The notes beneath the pieces were generated by a model. That model did not search any database. It was not told the DNA's origin and was given only the letters and a program-made list of their open reading frames with translations. Positions 38,906 to 52,159 of a DNA stretch of 64,000 bases are shown here, one piece after another. Each line of letters opens with the position of its first letter. Within the stretch, counting starts at the first letter, position 1. The translations under genes and the position numbers were made by a program. The stretch comes from Octopus sinensis (lineage: Eukaryota): the NCBI RefSeq assembly GCF_006345805.1, contig NC_042999.1:66092001-66156000 (forward strand), read 5' to 3'.

Positions 38906-41900
38906 TGTATAGAGAGAGACTATAGATAGATGGAGAGTGAGAGAGATAGAGACTTCCTAATTATTCATCAATTTTCATCTTATATAGGAAAGGTCATGCA
39001 AAATCGCTGCAAGCAATTCTGATCCAGAATATCTTCAACGTTTTGCATATTGTTTCAACTTCATTTATATTTTTTAACGAAAGTTCTTCTCAAGCAGTTT
39101 CAACAGACACGACATACAGACTTTTCACTTGTGGTTTATATAAGAGAAGAGAAGAGAAAAAAAAAACGTAATCTGAAAAAGTACGTTTTATCTACGTCAC
39201 TATCCTCACCGTCTACAGTCCCAGTACTAGGAATACTATTAAGATATATTGGTATTCTGTGCATTTCTTTCTTTCTCCCCTCTTTTTCTCATCTTCTCAA
39301 CCTCTGTCTCTTCCCTCTTGCTCTCCTCCCTCTCTCTCTCTCTCTCTCTTATCTTTTGTCTTGTTTTCCTCTTTATTTACTGTTATAGGTTATGCCTTTA
39401 TTTCGTGTCTAAATTCTCCACTTAGCTTACTTCTTTACGAGTTGGTCGGCCACCCGCCATGCCATACGGTTACGGTGGATGAAGAGGTATCGGAGGGACT
39501 GAGTGAGACACAACTCGGAGGGTTGCCCAGAACGATGCGAACAAACACCGATGAATGGTAACTGCAGCGACTCGCTGCAACAGTACTTGCCCCCACCCCA
39601 TGCCTTTCTGACCTGAACTATCAGGAAATACCAGGATGCTACTATCACGTGTTGGAATCGGGTTACCAGGCAGGGTTATCATGACAAAAGCATCACATGT
39701 GATGGTAGTGATGGATGACGTGGTGCTGTTATAACATGGCAGGACAAAGTGGTGGAGCCGTGGCTGAGGATGTGGAGCGTAAATGAGAGTGAAATCATAT
39801 TGAAGAGAACAAATAAACTAGTATAAAGTGTGAAGAGTAGGGAATACATTTGAATAGGCAAATCGTACCCTTTCTTAGTACTCATTTATACAGATGTATT
39901 TTCTAATCAATTTTCGACGCACCCCATACTGACTAGCTTAAATTCCATAGAAAAATTCCATGGAAATAATGTCCAAACGAATTTTTCTTAAACAATATTG
40001 ATTAATTTATTTGTTTCATACTGTTGCCTGCACACACGTAAAAATTTTTACAGGCGATAGCAACCAGACTCCACAACAAAACAAGCTGATAGAGATAACA
40101 CCAATATACAAAGTATAGAGGAGAATTTATAAGATTGTACAAGATGCAAATGTTTTAATGTGTAAAAATATTTCCTTTTAACTCGGCAGGAACTCAAATA
40201 TACGCTTTTATCTTGTAGTCAGAAGGGAAGGCTGTGCACATGACCTCTTGAAGGACTTCCAGCACTGTTAGTAAAGAGTGAAACAGGTAGACGTAAACTG
40301 GAAACTGAAGCATTGAAAAAGTGTAGACTCTGCTTAAGGCATTCTGCATTATGGTAGCGATTATGGTTTAGTAAAACGACTGGCACTCATTGTCAGACAC
40401 AAAACTTTCTCGATCACAAAAAGGCACACACTCACACACACACACAAACACACATTCACGCACATGCACGCACACATTTTACTTCACGCTCTTACATGTA
40501 CAGAGATAAAAGTAACGTAAGAAATCTCTGTGGAGTTACAATTCTATTGCACCCATGACTTTAAACGATAAACTCTAGGCATGCAGTAATTAGATGAAAA
40601 ACAAACGCATGGCAACATTAAGTATCTGCTCAAATATTTCAAACGAGAGAAATAAGAATTTGAACCTTCTAGTGCGAGAACAACTCGGTGCACAATTAGA
40701 TGCTGTTGTTGCTGATTAGTGAAGTAAGATCTCATAATCTTCAATAGAGCGCAAAGAGCTGTACGTGTATTGTTCTTAGACACGAGTCCAAAAATCAATC
40801 CCACCATATTTTATTAAAAATCATTGCTGGTGACTATAACCGCTAGCTCTTCTTCACATATCGGTAAACAAGCTACAGCAGATGGACAGACTTTGGCCCC
40901 AAAATTGTGCCCCCTGAGAGAAGAATTGTAACTGTTTGTTTTGAGCTGGAAGCTCAAACGGGAACACATGCAAAAATGATGGTCATTTAAGTGGGGTTTT
41001 TTTTTGTATTAAATTAACTAAGTCGAGAAGAAAAATTAAAAGGTCACCTCGAATCAGAGAGGCTTAAGAAGTCAGTTTTATTGGGTGCAGCTCAAAGCCG
41101 CGAATTTGAAATAACTCGTTCTCGCTTCCAGAAACCTCAGGCTTTGTGATAATGAAGAAGGATGGGGGGGAGAAGCAAATAGAGACGGTGGTTTAGTAGA
41201 AAGAAAATAAGGTCAAGAACAGAAAATAAATGAACTGATTACGGTAACGCAAATAGAAAGAGTGAGGTGGAGCACAACACTTTCCTCACTGAGATGAAAT
41301 TCAAAATTCTTTCCGCAAGAAACGATGAATTCCTAGAAAACCTAACATGATTAGGTAACTATTTGGATCACTTTAGCAAGGAGGGGAGCTCCGATAATTT
41401 AGGGGTTGCTTAAGACAGGATATATGCAAAAAAGCTTTTCGCAAACCTATAGACAACATTGTGTAAACTGCAGCCAGGACGTGGCGCTTTTCTTCGTTTC
41501 TCGGATCGAAAACTTGCTCAAAAGCATTTTTGCAATAATCAGCTACATGCATCTTGTGGTATTACATATATAGGTTATCAGAGGAAAAACAGTTGGATCT
41601 TGAGAAGCCTTCAACTGATTCAGGTCGCATTTACATTTATGTATACAAATTTACCGTATAGGCATTTTTATGTTCTATATTTTAAATTGGTTTCATTATT
41701 GTATACACGCACACACACGCACGCACATGCTCACACACGCACGCACATGCACACACACACACACACAACACACACAAACACGAGGGCGCGCATATACATT
41801 TTCCCAATACATTCACTGCTTAATTCTTTCCGAAGTTTCTGAATTACTTGGGATTCTCAATCCATTCATATTTCTATAAGCACCAAAATTTAATGTTTGT

Positions 41901-41949
41901 AATATTTTTCTATATATATCATTAACTTTGTGGCTAACAAAGGTATGGC

Positions 41950-41992
41950 TATATTATTATTATTATTATTAATATTTTATTATTATTATTAC

Positions 41993-42033
<41 letters not shown>

Positions 42034-42104
42034 ATAGTAGTAGTAGTAGTAGTAGTGTAGTAGTAGTAGCAGCAGTAGCAGCAGCAGCAGCAGTAGTAGT
42101 AGTG

Positions 42105-42140
<36 letters not shown>
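41950..42140. repeat. (TAT)n-(TAG)n-(CAG) compound microsatellite
   Basis: Direct reading. Confidence 0.95.
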
Positions 42141-42141
<1 letters not shown>

Positions 42142-43053
42142 ATTTTTTCGTATTATTCAAAGCGTATTGCATTTAATACAATTGCCATTATCATATATTA
42201 TATCTTACAATATGAACCGCGTGAAACACTGAGCGCTGGGTAGTAAACTCCCTACTGACTATGTTTCTGTTTATATTGACTGCTAATTTCCTTAGAGAAT
42301 GTAACAGTATCCTTAGAAAATACATCAGTAACAATACTTTCCTATATTCTTCGAACGTAGAGAGCAATTTGGGGATCGACGAATTAAACTATACTTTCTG
42401 GATCGACAAAAGAAACCATATTGAAAACAAAAATAGCAGATTCTGAACAAAAGCTGTTCCATTGAAATCGTACTATATACAGTATGCAAGAAACAAACAT
42501 TCAATATAGATTTTAACATTATTTTTGTCGAACGAATGCATGAAATAAATTCTTGGAAATCCTAATGTATTATTTGTACAAAATACACTGGAATATGTTG
42601 AATGTACATTAAGCAAATAACCAGTAGGGAAACAAGAAGAAAATAGCGTATGAAATCATGCTACAGGAAATATATTCGGGAAAGACGTCATGTCGATTAA
42701 AGAAAAAAGCTGTAGGATTATACCTTTCTATCCAATTTAATTTTTTAAGACTTATCTGAACACAACATGAAATATACTTCATACACGAACATTCGCACAC
42801 ACATAGATGCATAGAAACGTTTAGGCATTTATTTGTATTTTCATGCTTAAATACAATTATCTCAATAGAGTTACTGTATAGAGTCTTATTTAATCGCGCG
42901 CTTGTAAACTAGGTTACTTCCCCAATATTGAGTATGATGTTATATATAATATTATATATATATATATAATTCCATTATATACATATTTATCCATATATAT
43001 ATATATATATATATATATTATCATATATATATATCCATTATAATATTATATAT

Positions 43054-43096
<43 letters not shown>

Positions 43097-43620
43097 ACTT
43101 AGATATACCTGAATGTTTGTATGTACATATGTATGTATACATGTATGTATGTATGTGCTTTTGCACGCGTGTGTATCTACGTGTGCATCTGTAGGTTTCT
43201 TTTACGAAACACCTCGTACATGTAAATAACAACGTATATTGCCTTAAATTCTCTCGGAAGGAAAACGAGAAAACAGCCAGTCTAGTATTTCGAATCGCGC
43301 ATGTACTGTATGTCAGACATTCGAAACTCCAGGGCGAGAATTTTAACCACTAGAATGATTATAATGACGAAGGGAATCGACTGTTTTCTTTTCAATGATA
43401 TGATATACCGGATATTGAAACAAATGCAGTCAGATTACTGAAGCTGGAGCACATTATATATGAAGCATCTAATTCTGGTTAGGTTTTACAATATGGTAGT
43501 ACGGATCCTGCATACTAGCAACTCTAGATTCAAGTGGCTATTGTAAAAGCAAGTCGAACGCATGCTTAGACGTTTTGGCTGAGTTTCACGACATTCCAAC
43601 GCACCTTTAAAGTAAGTATT

Positions 43621-43688
<68 letters not shown>

Positions 43689-43741
43689 CACAGAGAGAGA
43701 GAGATGGGGAGAGAGAAAGCCATTGAGAGAGAAAAGGAGTG

Positions 43742-43775
43742 AGATAATGATGACGATGAGATGATGATGATGATG

Positions 43776-43806
<31 letters not shown>

Positions 43807-43812
43807 CCATCA
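43742..43812. repeat. (GAT)n/(CAT)n self-complementary microsatellite
   Basis: Direct reading. Confidence 0.9.
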
Positions 43813-44319
43813 AAGAAATTGCAAATCAAAAACGAGGGACACACAAGCGTAAAATCTTCTGGTTTAATCCTCCTTAGAAGTTAGATGTTGAATTTAATTT
43901 ATGTGAGATTCCTTTAAGCTTAGAGGAAATGCTTTTATCAATTATTAACAGCTTAACACGATGTCAGTGAAGGCTTCCTCAAGCAGTTCTGACAACTTCA
44001 AAAATTCAATTGATGACATCAGCAAGAAGACATTTAACTAGCTCCTTATTTGCAACCAATTGTACTTTACGTGTGCTCTAAAAGTATATAATCTCAACAC
44101 AACTGAGTAAAGTCTCAACTATACTAGCGTTAAAAGTTTTGCCACATCAGAAAATCGTTGTGATAAGGTCTCAGCCTAAAACTGGCGATATCTATAGTGC
44201 TAAATTTCATTCCATTGATATATATATATATATTATATATATATTATATATATATATATCTATATATATATATATATATGTAGATGCATGTGCGTGTAGA
44301 TATGGTACATATATATATA

Positions 44320-44351
<32 letters not shown>

Positions 44352-44466
44352 GATCTCATTGAAACTAGAGCAGTAAAGTTTATTCTCACAGAGCAGCAAC
44401 ATTTCAATGGGGAATATCAATTCTTGTTATTAATGCTGAATCTGGTATTAATGAAAATCCTTTACG

Positions 44467-44541
<75 letters not shown>

Positions 44542-44639
44542 TCTGAGTGTGAATGTGTATGCATGTGAGAGTGCATATGTGTGTGTCTGTGTGTGTCTGT
44601 ATGTGTGACTGTGTGTGCGAGTGTGTATATATACACATT

Positions 44640-44880
44640 ACTAGATATATGTATATATATATATGTGTGTGTGTGTGCAGTTAGATAGATAAATAGATAG
44701 ATAGACAGATAGAAAGATAGGTAGATATACTTGGGGGGTATAGTTTCCGTCAAATAAGTTCACTCACAAGGACTTAAGCTGTAGTCTAAGACACTTGCAC
44801 AAGTTTGCCAAGCAGTGGAACTGAACCCGGAACTATGTGGTTGGGAAACAAATTTCTCACCTCACAGTCACGCTTACGCC
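44640..44880 (-). mobile_element. SINE family D, 5' part, diverged
   Basis: cactcacaagg...gtggaactgaacccggaactatgtgg. Confidence 0.65.
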
Positions 44881-44919
<39 letters not shown>

Positions 44920-45231
44920 ATAATATATATATATATATATTATATATATTATTTATATATATATATATAATGCATTTGTTACTTTCATCAATCCAAAATT
45001 TTATTTAAGACCTAATGGGACTAAATGTCTTGAAAACAATGTTTGTCATTAAATGCTCGGAATGAGGAGTAGATAGACAGCCGACAACTGATGAAAGGTC
45101 CTTTATTTGTGTTAAGGAGTCCTGTGTCATTTTTTGTCTCTTTGTTTAGGGATTGCATGTCATTTGCGTCGTTGGTGACGTCCTGTATTTATATAGGCAT
45201 GTAAATATATATATATACATACATACATACA

Positions 45232-45293
<62 letters not shown>

Positions 45294-45917
45294 ATTATTT
45301 TTTATTTACTTGAACGCGACGCATCGATTTCCAATTAATTGTTATATATAATATATATATATATATAATATAATCCTGGTACATTATATGCCTGTTTGCT
45401 TGAAAGGAAACTTATACAAAATTTTAACTCTTCTTGCAAGCAAATAGGTGCGTATTTTACACTCACTTTTGATATATATTTTGCTTGTTTGGATTATGTT
45501 TGGTGTTCGCTTTATTATAATTTTTTAAAACAGTAATGATAACCTATTTGAATTTTCTATGTGTATGAATGTATGTGTGTGTGTGTGCTTGTGTGTGCAT
45601 GCATGTGCTTGTGGCTCTGTATTTACTTCAGGATATCCTTGATATTTATTGTGTTGTAGAATTTAGGTTTTTGTGTTTAATTTTGCAGCGAGCTTCTTGA
45701 ATTGTGTTCAATACCAAAATCACTGAACGGAATTCTACATGTTCTTTTTTTTTTATCTTGTTTTGATTGTTTTCTTTTTTCACGCTGTGTTAAAGTGGCA
45801 CTACAAATCTTTACTGCACCATACAAACAACATTTGCTCCGGGAAGTTGAGAAGCAAAACAAAAGGAATTTTTAATTTGTTTTGTCATTGTTATGTGTTG
45901 GGTAACTGTACAAATTT

Positions 45918-45979
<62 letters not shown>

Positions 45980-46237
45980 TATTCGTCGCTTTTCGACGAC
46001 GTAGACAACAACCGATGCGTGTATAATGTTATAATCAATACTTGCTAAGCTGTTAGGTCCTGGCTCGTATAACATTCTATAAAGCCATCTACGTGTATAC
46101 TTCTGGTTATATAGGTGGTGCGTAAACACGTTCATATATATATGTATATATAGATGTGTGTGTATATGTGAGTGGTGTTTTTAAATAAATATATATGTAT
46201 GTATATGTATATATATGTATGTATGTATATATATATA

Positions 46238-46269
<32 letters not shown>

Positions 46270-46313
46270 CGATATATAGACATATATATACGTTTGTATG
46301 TATATTATATTGA

Positions 46314-46361
<48 letters not shown>

Positions 46362-46567
46362 GCATATATGTATGCATATATGTGTGTGCGTCTCTAATGT
46401 GTTCTCATAAGTGAACGTATATGTATAATGAATATTTATGTACACACACATATATATTACATTTAAACAAATATATATGTATGCATATATATATATACAT
46501 ATAAACATACACACATACATATATAAGTATTATACATATATGTATGTATATATGTATGCATTATATG

Positions 46568-46630
<63 letters not shown>

Positions 46631-48837
46631 GATAAAAAAGTATACAATATATAATCTATGTTAATCACGAAACTTTCGTCTGATAAAGGAAGACAGCTTC
46701 GTCTATACATTCCGTTCATGAACTTTTCTCTTAAATCTTGACGAAACACATTTGAAGCGCACACAGTATGTTGATATGGTGGGAAACCCTAGCAACTTTT
46801 CTTCGTTTCGTTTTCTATAAAACAGAGGCTATATATCATTATCAGACCTATAATTAATGCCATACTTTATTCTACTTCGAATTAAATACTGAAAATAAAA
46901 ATTTTGATGCGTAAAAGAAAAGAAAAAAATAATAACACATATACAACTTTGTATAATTCACTTGATTTAGGTTCTAAAAGTAAACGTTAATTTTCGAATC
47001 GTACGGGAAGATAATTCTGTGAAATATAATTTAATACTTTTATTTATATTTTATTCTATATGTTTTATATTCATTTCAGTATTGAATATTACTGATTTAT
47101 GTCCTTGGAACTAAGGTCTAATAATTTAATGTATATAATGCATTTCCAGGCCTCGCCTTGCTACACGTGTGTGGGGTTGCTATATATCGCCGTTTTAATT
47201 GTAGGAGATAAAATTAAAATTTAGCAGGAGAGCACGATTAGTTTTTCTGAAAAATAGAGATTTTTTTCTGTTTTTGAATTGAAACCCAATTAAAGAAATA
47301 ATGGTAGTCTTCGCTAACGAATTATTCGTCTGACAAACACTGTTCTCGCTGCTTACGATGCGGAAACAACAAGCCCTAAATCTAGTTAAAACTGATTTAA
47401 ACGAACAACGCTTTCTTCTTTATTCTTTATTCAACGCTTTCTTCTTTATTCTTTATTCTTATTCAAGTGTACTTTTTTGTGTTTATAATATATATGACAA
47501 TAGAGTCGCTGGGTATAGGTTTCATTTCGAATGGGTCGAGCATTGGTTCATCTCATTACAAATACACACACACTAATCTAAATAGAGGTTTTTAGGCACA
47601 TACACTTCCTTACAGCCTTGCATATCCACAGATGCATATTTGCACATTTGGTTAATACATGTATACATGGTTTCGGGTTCAGGATCCTGCAGAGCAATTT
47701 GGGAAAGTCTCATTAAGTACATATGCATATGTATATGTATATGTTTTTTGTTGTTCTTGAACCATGATAGCTGGCTTACGTCTCCGTTTATTAACGTTTC
47801 GGCAAAAGTATCCGGTAGAAAAATTACTAGACTTCTTAATAAGCAGTTGAGTAAAGTTTTTCACCTAAACCCTTCAAGAAAAAAAAAATATATATATATA
47901 TAATACATGTAATATATATATATATTAATTGTAGCGTCTATAGTTATTTAATTGAGTAGTCTCCCTTTGTCCATTTTTTTTTTGATTTCAATAGAATTTG
48001 GATTAATCATTTTACTATCATTTTTACTTTCATTTAGTCTTCATCTTTATTTAACTTAGTAATGTTATTGTCCCGTGCTTTCGAATTTTGTTTGGTGATG
48101 TGGACGTCTATAATTTGAACTAAACTTTTAGAGTTGAAGAACGCGATTCTTCGTTTATTAAAGAAATTATGGTATTTATTCGTTACCGGGAAAAAAGTTA
48201 TCTAATGCGTCGTAGAATATTCTTGGCATTTTTGAATATTCTTGGTATTTTTGGTATTAGAATAATCTTGGTATTTTTGTTCTATAACTTTAGCACAATT
48301 CTTAAACTTATAGTTTGGATTGTAATAGTCGGGGTGAACGTTTTAGCCTTGTTTCCTACAATATTAGAGAAGGAGGGGGCCTTCCTCCAAGCCACAAAAA
48401 TGGACGACTCAGTGTGGAAGGCACAGACGGTCGACCTGATTATATAAGCCTCTCCCTAGAGACACCGAACCCACCCATTCCCCTTCTAGACAAGCTAAAA
48501 AGAAGAATAGCTGTCACATCAAAGCACAAAAAATCCCCTTCCCAAAAAAGTAAACTACGCTTGCATAATGACGGAATAAGGAGTTAATCCAGAGGGTTAC
48601 GAGTTGGAAGATAGCAAGATTTGTGTGTACAGATGGATGTAAGAACATAATAGGGGGGAATATGTGTATGCTGTTTTCAGAAGGACAGATGGAATAAGTG
48701 AAGAAACAGAAAAAAATGGTTTGAAATATTGGGAAATATATAGACAACAAATATATAAGATATACCGGATAATATACAATGTGAAGAACTACTGGTGAAA
48801 TATGGTGTCGACGTGATAAAGGGACTCACAATGAAGT

Positions 48838-49225
48838 AACTGTTGCTGCTGTTGAGCTGTTGAGCTGTTGAGCGTAGCGGTCTTCGTCCAGTGGGAGAAG
48901 TCCGAAACGTGGTCCTTTGCTATTCGTAAGACCCGCAGAAGAGAAAGCAGGTCAACCCCCGACACCGAGAGCATCGACGGATGGATGAATGCGCATCCAG
49001 GCTCAGCAGTTGCGTAGGAAGTCGGGGACAAGTAGCAGGAAGAAAGAGTGAGAGAAAGTTGGAGCCAAAGAATAAAACAGGGGTCGCCACAACCCCCTGC
49101 CGGAGCCACGTGGATCATTAGGTGTTTTCGCTCAATAAACACACACAACGCCCGGTCTTGGAATCGAAATCGCGATCCTCCGACCGCGAGTCCGCTGCCC
49201 TAACCATTGGGCCATTGCGCCTCCA
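48838..49225 (-). mobile_element. SINE family B, long-tail variant
   Basis: Colinear with 1305-1699. Confidence 0.88.
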
Positions 49226-50507
49226 CAACTATTGCTGCTCGACGTAGGGTGAGCAGCAGATTTCCATATTCTCATTTTCATTATATTTCTTTCATATTAT
49301 CATATTTATAATTATATTTAAATTTTATTTTTAATTTTGTGTTATATGTCCCCACATGTGCTTGCATTATCTCCTCTCCGTTAGCCCCCTGTGGACAATA
49401 AATAAACGTGATATATACGAGTTCGAGTTACCACCAAGTCACAAAAACAGACTGCTCAATGTGGAAGTGACAAACGGTCGACTTGATTATATAAGCTGCG
49501 GTGGAGACACTGAAAAATTTGGCGGAGACAGTGTCAATTGGTGAATGGATTATGGAGGAGTTGCTTCGTTCCACACACACACAAACACACACACACACAC
49601 AGTCATTGTCTTGTGGAGCTATCAGCGGTAGCATAATAGACAAGCCAAGGCTAAGACGTGAATACCAACATAACACGACAGTGGGGTCATTTGTAAATCC
49701 GTTTCATAGGCATAATGTTATATACGCAATATTCCAATATCCTATGTGTACAGTCCAAAAATCCAACAGAGTTTAATATGAGTCGTTCCTGTTGGACTTT
49801 TAGGTTTTACTCAAAGGATATAGGAATATTGCATATATGCCATTATGCCTATAAAACGGATTTACAACTTCAATATCCATTCATATCTTACATCTAGTTT
49901 CTTTCCTCTACCTCACTCTCTATTTTGTATCACATTGAAACTAGCTATGACTTAAGTTTTCCTCTCACACCGTCTTCGATGAAGGGATATTATTAATTAC
50001 TACCCAAGAAACAGCTGTAAGACCTTCTATCTATAAATGCTCTAATATCTATACAACCTTGGTTTTTTATCTTGTTACGCAAAAATTTCTTATATATATA
50101 TTTCATAATAAGATATATATTGAATGGCAGTGCCCCAGCATGACCAGAGCTCGTGAGCTGAAACTAGATAAAATGAAAAATGAAAATATATATCAGAGCT
50201 TGTTTGATTGTGTATAGAAGAATATATTAGTGAATGAAATTTCAACTTCTGATTTTCAGGTTTTATCATATGCAAATTTTACAGTTTTACATTATTGAAA
50301 TAAACTAGTACTTTCATGCGCTACGCAATCACCGTGTTTATGAAAGTAATAGTTCATTTCGATAGTGTAAAATTGTAACATTTACAAATAATTAAATGTG
50401 AAAATCAAACTACGTTGGGATGTCCTTGACTAATGAATAAATAAATATATATATATATATATACACACACATACATACATGTGTGTGTGGAGTATATACA
50501 TATATTT

Positions 50508-50906
50508 CAAGGGGTTAAACATAGAGGGGGCAAACAAGGACAGACAAACGGATAAAGTCGATTACATCGACCCCAGCGCGAAACTGGTACTTTATTTATC
50601 GATCCAGAAAGGTTGAAAGGCAAAGTCGACCTCAGCGGAATTTGAACTCTGAACGTAACGACAGACGAAATACCTATTTCTTTATTACCCACAAGGGGCT
50701 AAACACAGATGCAACAAACAAGGACAGACATAGGTATTAAGTCGATTACATCGACCCCAGCGCGTAACTTGTACTTTAATTATCGACCCCGAAAGGTTGA
50801 AAGGCAAAGTCGACCTCAGCGGAATTTGAACTCAGAACGTAACGACAGACGAAATACCGCTAAGCATTTCGCCCGGTGCGCTAACGTTTCTGCCAGCTCG
50901 CCGTCT
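50508..50906 (-). mobile_element. SINE family A dimer
   Basis: Junction at 50674/50675. Confidence 0.9.
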
Positions 50907-51819
50907 TCATGTGTGTGGAGTATATATAAGCTTAATGCAGTATTCCCGTAAGTTGGGATACTTCACTAATCAAACCTGATTACATCCTAGTGAAATATAC
51001 TGCACTACGGCTGGTAAGAGCGATGTGATATCACTACAGACATATTTTGACATCTATAGAGTATATCATCATTCGGTTCGGTTACTAATTAGAAATAGTG
51101 TCTGGTTCAATCTATACAACCTAATATTTGCGAGATTGCACATACTACACGCGTTTCAACTTAAGACTCTCTTCTATGTGGCTCGATAAACATTGATATC
51201 TAGTTATACATAGACGACAGACAATTGTGCCTAACTGTTCTTAGGTCTGCTCTCGTATTTAATTGTTGCTACGTGAAATGTAGTTACCTTTTATAACAAT
51301 TCAAAAATAGTCACAACGTCATATTGTACTCTTCTAAATGAACGTTTTAACGAGACTGCTACTTAAGGACATAGTTCTCTCTCACTCTTACTGTCTTTCT
51401 TTCTTTCTCCCTTTCTCTTCTCTCACTCTCTGCCTCTCACTCTCTCTCTCCATCTCTCGTCGTCTCTCTCCATCTCTTTCTCCCTCCGTTTCTATCTATC
51501 TATTATCTATCTCCTTTTACACACACACACAAACACACATATATATATGTGTATATATATATATAGCTATATGTCGCATGTTCGGATCGTCGGTGACTAG
51601 AATAGGATTGTATAGAAGGCAGGTTGCTAGACTCCCAGTAAGACTAAAGCAAGAGCTGTGAAAAAGACTGATGAACATAGTTTAGGTTCACCGACTATCC
51701 AGCGATAATAACATCTATAACACACACGCGCGCGCGTAAATATATAGAGATAGATAAATAGATAGATAGATATATAGATAGACAGATAGATATACATATA
51801 TACATAGACACACACACAA

Positions 51820-51889
<70 letters not shown>

Positions 51890-51895
<6 letters not shown>

Positions 51896-52110
51896 AATCC
51901 AAACGGGAAACAAAAAAACAACAACAATGGAACAATTACAGTATTATTATTAATAGGCGCTCAGGAAAAGGAAGCAGGGAGGTATGACGTTTCGAGCGGA
52001 GCTCTTCGTCGGAAACATAAAGAAAGAAGAGAGAGGAAAGAAAGATCCCAGAGCGGGCAACAGGGAAAGAGAAAAAGACGACTGGTGTTTACGAGTTGCA
52101 CATGGTGAAA
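51890..52110 (-). mobile_element. PLE-type terminal fragment with a degenerate minimal hammerhead-like motif
   Basis: Minus strand ccgacga-a-gagc-tcc-gctc-gaaacgtc at 51986-52012. Confidence 0.4.
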
Positions 52111-52159
52111 GGCGGATGTTTACGAAACAGAGCAAAGTGGGTTTTTAAGGCAAAAGAGT

